Shown: piece by piece, positions 1 through 13,600 of the stretch
Layout: every line of letters starts with the position of its first letter
How positions within the stretch are numbered: position 1 is the first letter of the stretch
Assembly: GCA_024704765.1 (NCBI GenBank)
Contig: JAKMXF010000044.1
Span: forward strand, 434,001-498,000
Origin: Oopsacas minuta
Lineage: Eukaryota > Animalia > Porifera
DNA length: 64,000 nt
Direction: 5' to 3'
Position numbers and translations under genes: made by a program
Notes under the pieces: generated by a model
What the model was told of the DNA's origin: nothing
What the model saw: only the letters and a program-made list of their open reading frames with translations
Databases searched by the model: none

Positions 1-22
1 TTAATAATATCCCTTATTATAG

Positions 23-106
23 ACTGTTGTATGACAGAACAACTACTTTGTATAACCATATCCATGGTTATGGTTATACAAGGTAGTTGTTCTGTCATAC
101 AACAGT
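23..106. repeat. Near-perfect palindrome (38-bp arms, 8-nt spacer), probable collapsed foldback/MITE
   Basis: 23-60 actgttgtatgacagaacaactactttgtataaccata is the reverse complement of 69-106 with one mismatch; spacer tccatggt. Confidence 0.75.
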
Positions 107-675
107 ACTAATAATCTTATACTTAGCATTATTTATCCTTTGATTATTTGATTAATTTACTTTCATTTAATTAGTTTTGTGATCTACATGTTTTTGTTTT
201 TCAAGCCAGCTAGATTAGAAATCCAAAATTTTACATTACGAACGAACCTGCCATCTTGGCCGTGTGATTCCTGTGATATATATTTTGCACGCTAACGTAA
301 TGTTTATTTATAAATGATTAGTAATAGTTCTTTCTAGTCAAAATTTGAGATTTTTAAAATTAATATATAATCAATTTTAATCATTACGCCCACAAGAATT
401 GCCTTAAATATTATTGTCATATCATTATTACATTTGAGGTTAATTGATGTAAACTGTTAATGCCATACAAATTGCATTATCTGAATTATGAATATTATTG
501 TATTGATTATTGATGCTCTAATTAATATACATAATTACACAACCCCAAATTTGTATTTATTCCAGACCAACCTATAATATTTACTGTATGTAATATTTTG
601 TTATTTTATATGATAATATTCCAATTATGTAATTCATTGTTCAATTATTTATTTTCTGTTTAATCTATAGCAAAA

Positions 676-3600
676 ATGGGGGTATTCAGACTGATCACTG
701 TTTCTCTTTTATTTGCGGTAGGTTGCCTCTCTATTTTCAATATTTTCACATTAGTAGAAAACTTCAAATGTTTTACTCTTTTGGCGGCCAAAATTCCACA
801 TTGACTGGAATTTGTTCGTTACAAAATGAGACATGGGATTTTCTTCATATGGTGTACATGATTTTTTCACGACCAAATTGTCGCTATCCAACAATAGAAA
901 TTCATAGGTACTTGAGGTTGTTGACAATTTCTATCCAAAGTATCTCACTCAAATATTCCTTTCGCTTGTTATCCAAAATTCGAAATCATTGAGTTTCCAT
1001 ATTATGTAGGAGTTAAGCTCTGTTTCCCTTTTCTAAAAGTACGTACGTGGTATATAGCTATGATACGTACGTATAATTATCTCTCTAAAATCTTAATTTC
1101 CGTGGATATAGACTATAGAGGGATTTTCTATAACCTGAGGCTGTTGGGTAGACGTAGATTCCGTAAACTCCTTCTTGCTACAGGTTTTCTTTCACTGTGC
1201 TCATGCTACTCTGGTTTATCCATTTTCCGTAGCTCTAATTGTATTACATAAATGTTTTGGAACTATCCACACATGAGTTGATTGTTTTGTTTATATTGTG
1301 TAACCTCGTTATACGAAAACCAAGGACGGTCAAATTTTGTTCTTCTTATCCAGAGTCTGTATTAACCAGACTCACTCGCGGGCTCTATCAACTCATTTTC
1401 TTGAATGAGTTTTTAATCCCGGGATTCCCGATCCCCAAACCCGGTGCATTAATCCCGGATGACAATCTACATTTCCGACAATGGGAAATTAGGGGACATT
1501 GGGCTAATACGGATAAAGGACAAAGGTCTACTGAAACAGGTTTGAATTTAATACGAAACAACCTGTAAATAATTTGGCATAGAAATTGAAAGGATATTAT
1601 TGATTTATTGCCATCGAAAGTTCACAAACCACTGTTTGCAACTATGAAAAGTTGATGCAGATCGTGCGTTATGTACTTACCAAAAACCAGTGATTTAGAA
1701 TTTGACTTTATTATAATACTTTTTTACAAGTACTGCACTGTCAGGAATAATTTGAATAAATCACAGAAGTTGCACTCTATTTAGTATATTATATTATCTT
1801 ATTGTTTAAACTTAGATAGACAATCAATCTGAACTCTGTAAATAATAATATTTACAATTTTTGTAATACATTGAGGAAAGATAAGTGATACATTGTTGTA
1901 ACTTTTGGAAAAATCTATCCTTGAGATTTGCCTAGGATCAATTGAATTTCACAAGTTTTTGAAACGAAGCGGATGGCTAACAGGAATTCTACCCATCAAC
2001 ATAATGGTGATTAGTCTGTATTTCGTTATGAATCACTGATAACTTCAATTTCTACAAAACTTTAAAGTGAGATGGTGTTCAAATCCGTGAGACTTGACAA
2101 CTCTGGTGATACTAATCCCGGGATTAGAAACCCTACCTGTAGTATATACGTATAAGGACTGTCACCAAATATTATATGGCCTGGCCCTCTGTGTGAAATA
2201 GAAGTACAACTTGATATCCAGGATATGACCATAATGTAGATATCTATGGACATCTATATCCTTGGCGAGCATGATAGATAATGGTTAGAGACAATGATTT
2301 TTAGCAAATTATCTACGATTTCTTAAAGAATTACACTGAAGAACTGCATGCCAATACATCTCTCAATTTGATACTTGAAATAATAGCATGAACTTGTGGG
2401 TTAATCTAAATATAGAAGTGGTTCTTATTAGTAATTAACCTAGTTCCGCTTTGGGTAGGTTGTAAGGAATTTGCTCTCATTGTGAAGTTTGTCAATTACA
2501 TCTGTATCTGATACTGATATCTGAATATAATGACTAATGTGAATCTTTTTCTTATACATATAACCAAATATGTCAAGAATCTGTAACTGAACATTCCACA
2601 AGCACCAGCCATGAACAATAGCTGTGGTCATGCTTGTACTAGTCATAGTCAAGTTTCATTTTTCTAACTAAATATCTCTTTTAATAATGCATGTATCCTC
2701 GGTTGTTTATTGAAACAATTCATTTTGGTTATTTCCAGCACTTCCTGTGGCCTTAAAGATCGAAATATTTCATATTGTCATCATTTGTATATTCAAATTT
2801 CCCATTTTTTGTTTACGTTAATGAAGTGGATTATGGTTATGGATATTCTCGTTTAGTGGTTATGAATTTGTTGTGAACAAATTGAAGACCAATTCAGTTT
2901 CATATAATTTCATTCAATTGCGTTCCTTCTTATGCGTATTTAAATGTTTACTAATTTAGGGATTTGGTAATCCAGCATTACCTCTATTTAGATTTAACCT
3001 TATCTTTGAATTTTAACTGATGTATTTATCTTTAGGTATCATCCTTTGCCTTCGCTCAAAGCAGTTCAAACTCTGATCCTTTTAGTTTAATTTTATCACA
3101 ATGCTGTGGACTAACGATCCCTACTCCCACCGTATCATCTAGTAATATGGTTAGTTGGAATATTCAACATTTTACGATGCTTATAATGAAGTATTCCAAT
3201 GACCCGGAAATGCTTCTATGTACTTAGTATAAATTGTGAAAACTTCCTTTGTCTGGTTAGAACGACCTCCACTTTTAACGAAATGAAACCCGACCACAGG
3301 AGTTCACGTCGTTATAAAATATTGATTCCTAAGTCTAACCCTTTGATAATTTCATAAAATAATGAGATAATGTCGCCCGCCCGCATGCTTAGATGGACAT
3401 GACGAGCAGTGGAGCTGAAACAAGTTTCTCATCAACCGGCTCTAACATTTCAATTATTTCCTCTCTGTAAATAGAATATCTCAGTAGTTTCAATTCTTAT
3501 GAGGGGTATGACATCACGCGAAATAAGCACTAATTAAGCTATACATTTTGCCTGGTGACTATACTATGTCTGACGTCATATAATTGATAATCTGATACTT

Positions 3601-6600
3601 ATTCGAAGTTGCTATATTAATGAATATACGAGCTTTAAATTCAATATAATTTTTAGAAAAATGCGTTTACAATTCATGAAAAAGCTATGATGAATGTATT
3701 TTGTTTTTACAATACTAAACACATTCCAATAAACTTTCATGTTATCTATCAACCGTTAATTATACTTCCTTGTAAATTATTCAGCTTATTATTTCAATGC
3801 AAACGTGTAATTATATTTATTCCATAACATGTACACCACTGGTTTAATAACTAACCTGATTGAATGGATGTTAAATATGCTGCTTTTAATCAGCTGAGCA
3901 TTGACAAATTCGTCGCCTGAGCTTCACAATATTATAAATATAAATGGACTAACGCACGTCATGCTGGTTAAATATTCGCTTGTTTAAAATGATCTCACCA
4001 ATCACTAATTGGTGATTCGAATAAGAAATAGATACTTGCATTGCACTGAATAGTTATAAACCACTAACTTTAGCAATATATTGAATAATTTCATTTCTTA
4101 ACCGAAGTAATACCTTTTCCAATGTATTGTCTAGCAGAGGTTTATCGTAGCGTATATAGACTTTGTGGTGCATATTTAATATCCGATATGACTACCCTTT
4201 AAGGAATTTATCATACTAATTATAGTATTGAGGTTAATTTGTATATTATTACGAATACTCGATTTAATTAGAGGGTAAATCTTACCTGTAGAACTATTCA
4301 GTTTGTCCTCTGTTATGTGATAATTACGGTAGAACTTGGATAAGACGTATTCCTTCGGAAACAAAATGTACGTACTATCCGAGGGTATGTCTCATCATAA
4401 TAGATATTGTATTAAAATGAGTTTGGTTTGAAAGAAGTACGTATTGTAGACTCCGCTGAATAGGGTCACGTCGTGACCAGGCCATTTGGACCCGGTTAAG
4501 CGGAATATGGGTGTTAGTCCGATAACCAGTTGATCTATTAAGCCGAGTCTACTCTATTAACTGAGTTCTAATGTATTAGAAATTTGATCTTACATATTTG
4601 TAGTCCTACCAATACTGTTCAGATTTACGATTCAACACGACTATTAACGCAACATTATGTAATAAAGACGTGACAGAACTCAAACAGTGTATTTCTGTTG
4701 AAGCAATAAATCAAGGTTTTGTTATACAGAATATAAACAGAACTGTGAGTCTATATTATCAGCTGTTTGTTATTTACATATTAATGCAATACGATAAGTA
4801 TTATAGATTTTGGGGATTTTCTTCATAGAACGTTTGTGTTTTTATACAAATATTCTTCCAAAGGTTACCACATACAGTGGTGTTTGCCTATTAAAAGTTT
4901 ATTCCAGGACATACGTGGGATACATTTAGCAATTCAAATAGTTTTCTCAAAGGAAGATCGTGTAATATCTATGAAATTCTTGCAAAATACGACTTGCTAA
5001 TAGGAAATCTCTACAATGTACACCAAAATTTATATTTCATCATTATTCTATTCTTTTGTTATAAATTGCATCTTTGTATCAGTATTAGATTATCTCGTTA
5101 TTTCATAATACAAATTGCTAGCTATATTATAGAAAACTCACAATACTAGAAATTCTAGGGTTAATTTTAATTATTAACTTCTGTTTGATTATTTGAGGCT
5201 AACGTCATAGATTCGGTCATATATGGGTATGTTTGCTTTGTTAAATTTTTCTTCAAACATAATGTAGCTTTATCTCATTTACATACTGTCTAGTCAACAA
5301 ATAAATGCAAATATTAAATTTAAATACTCAAACCGTAATTACATACATGTAATTATGTTTTATGATATGTATATACCATTGATTATATCCTGGGAAAATG
5401 TGAAAAACATTCATTTAATTTTGATGAATACAATTCGTTACTCAGCTGGTGTATATAATCCATTATTCACATCGTCCACTCAACAATTTGGTTAATGATT
5501 ACATGGCATTTTATATTTTGTTACAACAAGCACATATTGCTATCTCCTTCATCATAGACGTCCGGCCCACTTCAGTCCAACCAGTTGGGGACCCCAGCCC
5601 CTAGTTACCCAACATCGATGTCCCTGTCCCTGTCCTTGTCCTGCATACTGCCTGGAAACACAATGGTGTTATATAATTATTAATAATATTAGATGTTACA
5701 TCAGTGGTTCTCAACCTTTTTACCCTAGTGACTCCAGATACTTAGAATTGAGGGTATTCGACCCCTTGTTTTTATTGACTCTTTACTTCCTTTTTGGGAC
5801 ACAGTTTTCTGGGGCACTGTGCCTCTATATTTGTGGATCAATACCACAATGATTGGAAATCTGTACTGTAACTAATATTCCATATCATAAACATGTGGAT
5901 TTTTATGTAATTACGATCACTTCAAAAATAATTATATGATGAAGTCTATGTATATGAGCACAGGGACGCTCCAGGATTTTGCATACCCGGGGAAAATCTG
6001 GGGCAAAATCATATTATATAATGGGCCAGTGGTGGTCTGAGGATGTGTCAAATCCTGGAGAAAATGCCCCGTTTGCCTCACCCTGGGACCACCACTGTAT
6101 GAGCATACAATAATTTTGTGAAGAAATTATGTGTCAACTGTACTTCAACAAATTGAAGCCCATTAGTCCAGTACATACCTTCCAACCGTCCAGAAATCTC
6201 GCCCTTTTTCCAGACCTCGAGGGATTGACTCTAACTGTCCAGGGAATTCACTTAGATCAGGTCTATTGTGTTTTAATATCATAAAAACAATAATTAATCA
6301 TTATTGGATCAGTTCTACGTTCTAGTTAGTATTTTTGTTATTCATAGCGAACAAAATAGTTTAGAATTCAGATCATATACTACTAAAATCTGTAAGGAAA
6401 TATATTAATTTATCATGACAGAATTTGAATTTCTAGGCGAACGAGCGTAGCGAGCAAGAAACATTTCCAGAAGTCCCGAGATTTTACACAAAATCTAGGA
6501 GAAAATTTGGGATCGATGTGACAAAGGTTGGAGGGTATGCCGGATCTTGCGGCGTAAAGAGTTTATATAGGACCTAGGCCCCGTGCATGGACCCTCGGTA

Positions 6601-9600
6601 TGCTCAATACGCCTCCTTCAATTTTCCTAGAATTTTATATACTGTGGTTGCATAAGTCTATCAAGTGACTAAGGATTGCAATAGCGACCCCGAGGTTGGG
6701 AACCACTGTGTTACATCCTTGTATTAAACATTTTAAAATGGTATTCAGAATACATAAAACGCTGTACTCTGTATTAATTCTCACTTGACACTTGTCCTGT
6801 TGTCCGAAACTTGTATTTATCTATATCCCAGTTAAGATTCCAGCATTTTCATTCTTTTTATCAATTATCACGAACTGAAAATTTTTTGGACTATAATTCG
6901 GATACCCTGAGTTGCACTGTACTTACAAAAGCGTTGAAAACAAGACAACAAGAAATGACCGCCCCCTCGAACAAGATTTGTTTACGATATTCCTTGAATT
7001 TCTTCTATTTGTACAATTTAGAATTTCAATCCCTCAATTAATTATCCCATTTATCTATACACATATATGTTCCTAGATAATATGGCATACGAATCTGAAT
7101 CTTTATGTTTGTTACTAGGGTTAGGAATTTCCCATTTCGTTGTTTGAGGTTTTGAATAGTTTACAATCATTCAAACTTGCTTTGTATGACCTCTATTTGA
7201 TAACCACTGTAACTAGCTGTATGAATCAGCTATATTAATATGCAATGAAAATACATTGTATTGTACACAGTCGTGTATATTCCAATTTGTATAAATACTA
7301 TGTGAAAGCTGGAATATATTATTACAGAATTATTTGAAATATTATATTTACGATCTTTTTAAATCTGTTATTAGAATAACATCATTGATATCATCTACAC
7401 ATACAATTGCAATACATACATTCTCTTCTGGATTTTTGTTGTTGTCGTATTTCTTTTCCTCTGCATTATCCCAGTTATCTTGGTGAGTTACTAGATAATT
7501 ATTTATATTATTTGTTAATTGTTACCCTCTCTATAATTCTATGGTCATAAGGTTCATTGGTCATTAACCTATTAAACTAATGAAGTTCAGTTTCTGAGAT
7601 ATATACCGTGTCGGATCACTCAAATGAATTTCTCACTACGGTTAGTCTTAGATATATTATCGAGTTTGTGAGGAACTTGTTTGACCAGTCCTCACGAATA
7701 TCGTTATTGTTTGTTTCGTATTATAATTCAGGTATAGGCGTATGAAGATACTTACTCGCTAATTTGTCTTTATGCTCTAATATCATAGCTCTATTTTGCC
7801 ATATATTATATTATTATTGAAAATTCGATATTATCTATTTTGTTGTCATAAATTAATAAGATTTCTTCAATGGAATCCTTGCTGAAATGAAACAAGTTTT
7901 GACACTTTTGATGCAATAATTTGTTCGTACATTATATACAATATATCATGCTTACCAATTCTTTACAATCTATTAAAATGCTATTTCAATGGCATCGTCA
8001 AAGATTAATTCATACATACAAATATTCAGTTTATCCCCATCTCACAGACAGAATGTTTTCTAGTTTGAATAATGCGAGTAATTTTCAACATGCTTTGACT
8101 TAGACATGTCCCATGTTTTCTTATTATTGTATAATAAATAGCTAATATCACCTGGTTAATATTGTTAACTTGTCTCATGCACTGCGTTGGATGATCTGAT
8201 TTATACAATTTGCTTGTTTTGCTACTCCATTAGTATTCGGTTAATATTCTGCTTGTGGCTTGTAACTAGTCCAAACTCGCCATCATTATTGCACAAAGCT
8301 TTAGCACATGACATGTCTGCCATATTCTAGCTAGTGAATAATATATATTATTCAAATCAATGACTACTAATTTTATGAGCAGATGTGTATCTTTATTCAT
8401 CATTAAATCTACGCTCATATTAATTGATAATCTCTCTCACCACATCAAATTTTCAAGCTAGATAAATGCATGGCTGTTTCTACAGTCTAAACAAATTTCC
8501 TCTGAGTCCACATCGATTTAGCCCTAATAATCAGTTTTGTATTGGTAAATTTTAGATTTCTTGTTTGGGAAACACAAATATGAAAGTGCACGTTACTAGA
8601 GTTATACGACTCAAATCGCGATATTTCTGAGTTCTGAAGAATAATCCCGATCTCAAAGTGGATCGTGATATCTTATAACTTACAGATTGCTAAGAAATTG
8701 AAACTATACTAATTCTCTAATTATACGTATATGCAATATTGTAATTATTCTAATTATCATAACTGATGCCATATAATTATACTCGAAAAGCAAGAATTAT
8801 TCTCAAACATTGTGATTTATTAAAGGATACTAGGCCCATGATTGGATCGTAAATCTAATCATGGTCCTAGCATCCAGGATTGGAACCGGAAATACGATAC
8901 ATAGAATTCTTTTAGTCTGAATCTTATATGATATTCACAATCAACCCAATTTACCTTATTGATTTCATCTGAACATTCCACATGTTGTACACACAAATTT
9001 GGGTTTTTTTTGTGGTAATATAATTGCAAGTTTGGCATTTTACCTCAGCAGATCATTCATTTTCAAGGATTGATCGTGTAGTTTGATACCAACTACTGTT
9101 CGCTCAATTTGCCTTGATTAGTTTCTGAAGTTGAATAGTCATCATACACTCAACCACACTTTTAAAACTGCTTTTTCAAGTTCAAATTCCTAATCTTCTC
9201 TGACATTCTTGAACTACTTTTGTGGTTGAATTTCTATAAATCAAGTTACAATTTAAAAATAGAAAAATTGAAGTTTTCCAAAATTATATTCGAATTTTAA
9301 AGTTACATTGATACACATTAGTGATAAGAACTCTGTCATTTGCAGCCTCCTCCTTATCATTCAATGTATTATGTACGTTAGTATAGGTTGCTCTCGCCGT
9401 TCGTGAGTTTGCGTTTCGATTATTCGCGGAAATTATTTCGTGTCTCGTTTTACCGTTCGCGATGTATTTCCTTGATTATTCGCGGATTTTGTTATGTCAG
9501 TTTGGTAAAACATTTTGCAATTTTTATATTTTGTATCCATTGCTATGGCAAAATGTGTTTTGTGGTATTTTAATCACGTGAAAACAGAAACTTCTTATTA

Positions 9601-10670
9601 AACATAAGCAAATTTACCCTCTTATTCTCACACGAGTAATATTTTTTAACTCAGTGAATTCAGTTAACCTCTTTCTAACTCATAATTATTGCTTAATTAT
9701 ACTTTCCGATCATATCTAGCATTACTTATTGTTGTCTGTCATTTGCAATCTAGGGATGTAACCCCACTATTCTCATTGAACTAACGTCTTACCGTTCGCG
9801 ATTTTGTCATTCGCGACAATTCTCAGGAATGTAACCCCGCGAACGGCGAGGGCTACTTGTAATACACTTTATTGAACTATCGATGAGTGACGGATAATTA
9901 TTAAACAAATTTGTAGCCGCACCATTCCAAGTTTCCAACCCTGTGTTAAGTCCAAAATCTGATTTGATTTCTTAGCCACATCCCATATCCTGGATAGGAC
10001 GCTGCAATCTTATTCATAATATTTTAACGAACTTCATGGTATAATCTAACTATTTAATATATCTCAGACCTGTGCGAATGAGTTCGTTCCAATCTTACGA
10101 ACTCCCCTCTGCATACTGGCTTGTGATTTATTAATTAATAACGGATTTTTCAGCTAATACATATCCCTAATGGTATTTTAATCCAATGCTATGGCCCTGG
10201 TATGAACATCTGTTACGTCTCTGAGTTAGAATATGCCGCTATGATCATTTCAAAAATTTATATTATATAGAATTCGAATATGAGTTCCCTTATTGTTTTG
10301 AATTCTTAACGACTCATTTGTATAGAAGGAAGAATTTATCACATTCCTGCGTGCATGGATTCTAAACAGTTCGGTATATGAATAAGAAAAGCCATTCAAA
10401 TATTGTACACGTAGCTTCATTATATTATAGAAGGAGTTGTGGTTTCTCAAAGGTTATGTCCTATTTTTGGCCATAGAATTCTCTACATCGTGTGCACGCA
10501 AGGCTGCCTCGTGTTACATATTTGTGATTATTATGAGAATCTCTATTCAGTTATACAACAATCCTTTCATATTTTCACATATAAATAAAATGCAAAAACT
10601 ATTTATTCTATTTTCTATTACGCTACTTTTCACGATATATTTGAAAAGCTACCCTCCTATCCTCCCATAG
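676..10670 (+). CDS. Probable 5' (signal peptide/extracellular) exons of the receptor PTP; exon chain only partly resolved
   Basis: Candidate exons with AG/GT boundaries and mutually consistent phases: 676-717 (MGVFRLITVSLLFA), 3036-3149 (VSSFAFAQSSSNSDPF...), 3393-3466, 5558-5665, 7475-7482, 7591-7640. The first two join into a signal-peptide-like N-terminus. Exons between 7640 and 10670, including the first half of the TM helix, could not be fixed. Confidence 0.45.
1405..2135. mobile_element. Degenerate non-autonomous DNA transposon in the first PTP intron
   Basis: Left atgagtttttaatcccgggatt vs right end reverse complement tagggtttctaatcccgggatt; no TSD recognisable. Confidence 0.4.
5961..6097. 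mobile_element. 137-bp hAT-type MITE nested in the 5702-6708 element
   Basis: Exact 8-bp TSD TATGAGCA at 5953-5960 and 6098-6105; degenerate CAG...TCC.AGG termini. Confidence 0.8.
6174..6539. mobile_element. Second probable nested insertion in the 5702-6708 element
   Basis: Termini cataccttccaacc / cataccctccaacc (13/14 inverted match); no TSD found. Confidence 0.45.
9384..9859. mobile_element. TA-flanked Tc1/mariner-type MITE
   Basis: Left (ta)taggttgctctcgccgttcgtg vs right reverse complement (ta)caagtagccctcgccgttcgcg; internal ttcgcg repeats; TA on both flanks. Confidence 0.65.
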
Positions 10671-13600
10671 GTTGCAGTTATAATCTGTATTATCATGCAA
10701 AATCAACGTAAACGGAAGTTACATTTACGCGGGATTCCCTGTCAAGAGGTTAACATCCTCACAGTTGAAAATGGGATGGAACACACGAACAAACGTACCG
10801 GTCTAAACAGCTCTGAAATAGATGGAGATGCTCGGATTCATTCAGGAAATTTAAGCACTGAAGCTTATCAGAATAACGCAATATCTTCAGTTCCATCTCG
10901 CCTAGAGGAAAATTGTTATTCCTTCACTTCACACTTTACAGAAGCAACCAGTACATTCGTGTATGAAACATCCAACCACTTCGATTTTAGTCCCCCTAGA
11001 AGCCCTGCTCCTGTCAGTCATAAATCCAGTGTGTTTACATTTGATCTTCCTGACAGGTTGGAACATGAAATGTCATCTGTCATAGAACCTATAACTCCTG
11101 CTAATCTACTGGAGGATATACCTGCATTCTCACTTATTCGGGCAGACTCTCTTGTCCAGAATGACCCTGTCAGTTTATCTCAGTGCTTATACCAACGTTC
11201 TCAATCAGCTTGCGTTAGGTTTGTTGCTACAATTCTTAGACTTAATGATTACAGAATTGCAACAAATTCACCAATTAATTAATAAATATGAAATTCCTAT
11301 ACTAGTTAACCTGAAATTATTTCGAATACTAACATGATATTTAAAGCAGTTAATTAACTCCTATAATATAAATATTATCATATTTGGCGATATTATCTGA
11401 TTTTGCCATGCGTAATCAAAAGCAATTTTGTCTTTATCAGGATTAAAATATTTTCTGTTTGTGGTATGTCGCAATTCTCTTTATTACCCAATCTTAAAAT
11501 TCGTAACTAGTTATTAATCTATCACCATTAATACGTGCTGTATTTCAAACAGATTTTTTATTCAGTGGTGAATTAATAAGCGTTTTCAATCGACCGCAGA
11601 CTTTCATAAACAATTGTCTATCTCTCCATAAATCATAAAGAATGCATTCTTTCCTTGATTGTACCTTTAAATACCATTGAATCTACAATAAATGTATAGA
11701 GTTAATTTCATTTAGCTCAGAAGATATGAACTCTCAACAACTGGGTTTGCGCAGAGGAATACAATTGAAACTTGATCTAACATACGAAAACCAAACCGAT
11801 TTATCTTCAAATGAAAAAAGGTAGGTATACTCATACGCAATGTTTGTATATATAGAATTGTAGATTACTCTGTGTACACATTATCCTGATATCTTTGGTT
11901 CTTTCTTGTACTTTGATCGAAAAGATAACTAAGTAATTTTCTTTTGAGGATATTTGTGACAATCCTGTAACCTATGTCTCTTAAATTATTGAAATTAATA
12001 TTAAAACAGGACACAATCATTGTTTTCAGAAAGTAACTTTCTGTCTATTTTGGTATCAAATGACAGTAACTCCACCTGCTCATGCTTGTACGTGTATTTA
12101 CGTGGTTCTTTATTTCTCATGAGTTTAATACAATTGGTCACAAGTCTTTTTTATGACGGATAATCATTACAATATTGTTTACTTTGCTGGCATAATTACA
12201 AACCCATAGACAATTGTATCTCATTCTTAGCTGTAAGCATTTATTTTGAATATTAATCTAAAAATGTAATAACAAAAGTGTTTATTTCCAGTTAGTTCCA
12301 ACTATCAAAAATTTAATAATGTATTTTTGGCTGTACAACAGCTGGCTGTAATTCTATCTACACTGTTTTGTAAGCCTTTTAACCATTAGATTGTTTATTC
12401 TCAATTTACCTTTAGTTTAAATCTGAGTAGAAGAATCAGTGCGGAGCAGCTTATACAGATTCTGACTAATGAGGAAGATCTATCAACTGAATATTCTGTA
12501 AGTTTTCTTCTTTCCTTCTATTCTTATGTTATTTAGATAAGCGAACTATTTACACAAATCTAACCATTTCTGGACACAACTAGTTACTTTTAACTGGAAG
12601 TGTTTGGAAGTGACAATTACTACATTTAATGGTCAGAAATACACGAATAAATAGGAGTTCCATCATATGGAGCATATTACTTTTTTAGCAAGATATTCCT
12701 AATATTCATGAATGTTTTTGGCAAGATATTTAGTTCCTGTGATGGCATTATGTATCGATAAATTCTGAAATTTGCTAAAATTATATGTCACAGAGTTATG
12801 AACAGAGCTCTTTATTCCATATCTTGAGATATTTTATGATTTAATCTAATCTAGAGTGTTCCTATGAACAAAGATAAAGTGGCAATCCCTGGTACTGGCC
12901 ACAAAAACAGATATCCTGACATTTTACCAAGTGAGTTTTCCTTTAATATCATAATCTGTTCCAATATATTCATGTTTCTAAGAAAATAGTTTACTACTTT
13001 AATACATTTCGTTGCTTACATTGTGTTATCACTATTTCGTAGACCGATGTTCTCGAGTAATTCTACGAGAAACAAACTCTGACGTCATTACTGGTTATAT
13101 CAATGCTAATCACATTTGCAGCTTGGATAAGAATAAATCATATATTGCTGCACAAGGTAAGGATAGATTATTGCGTGTTATATTCTTGCAACTCTACATG
13201 GAGTATATTTACTGCCTTTAATGTGTTCCTGTGTGTCCGAAGCGGAATTTTGTAAATATCTGCTGTATATAAAATTTGTCGCTAGATTTTACACTTGTTC
13301 TTAATTCATTGCATCATTCACAATTCAAATATACACACGAATTGTATTCAACCCTGATTATGTCGAAGTTGCTGCGGCCAGTTTTTATTTGGATGTAAGC
13401 AGAGTATGATATGTTATACGTACGTACAATCGTATATTGTATTTGTTGGAATATTAGGTTATTAGTTGTTTAATATAACGAGAGTTTAATTCTAATATGT
13501 TTATATGTTGATTGATAGGCCCTTTGAAGCACACAGCTGATGACTTCTGGCGTATGGTAATAGAGAAGAATTCTTCTATTATTGTTATGATAACTACAAT

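Larger units (their letters stand above)
5702..6708. mobile_element. Non-autonomous hAT element, 1007 bp
   Basis: TIRs cagtggttctcaacct / cagtggttcccaacct (15/16); exact 8-bp TSD TGTTACAT at 5694-5701 and 6709-6716. Confidence 0.9.

Noticed and set aside
8825-8875. About 51-nt imperfect hairpin in a PTP intron
   Set aside because: Short, mismatched, and of the kind expected from the many MITE relics here.
10437-10670. 77-aa hydrophobic ORF as the PTP transmembrane exon
   Set aside because: It ends in a TAG that serves as the acceptor for exon 10671, and it reads like AT-rich intron; the true first half of the TM helix remains unplaced.
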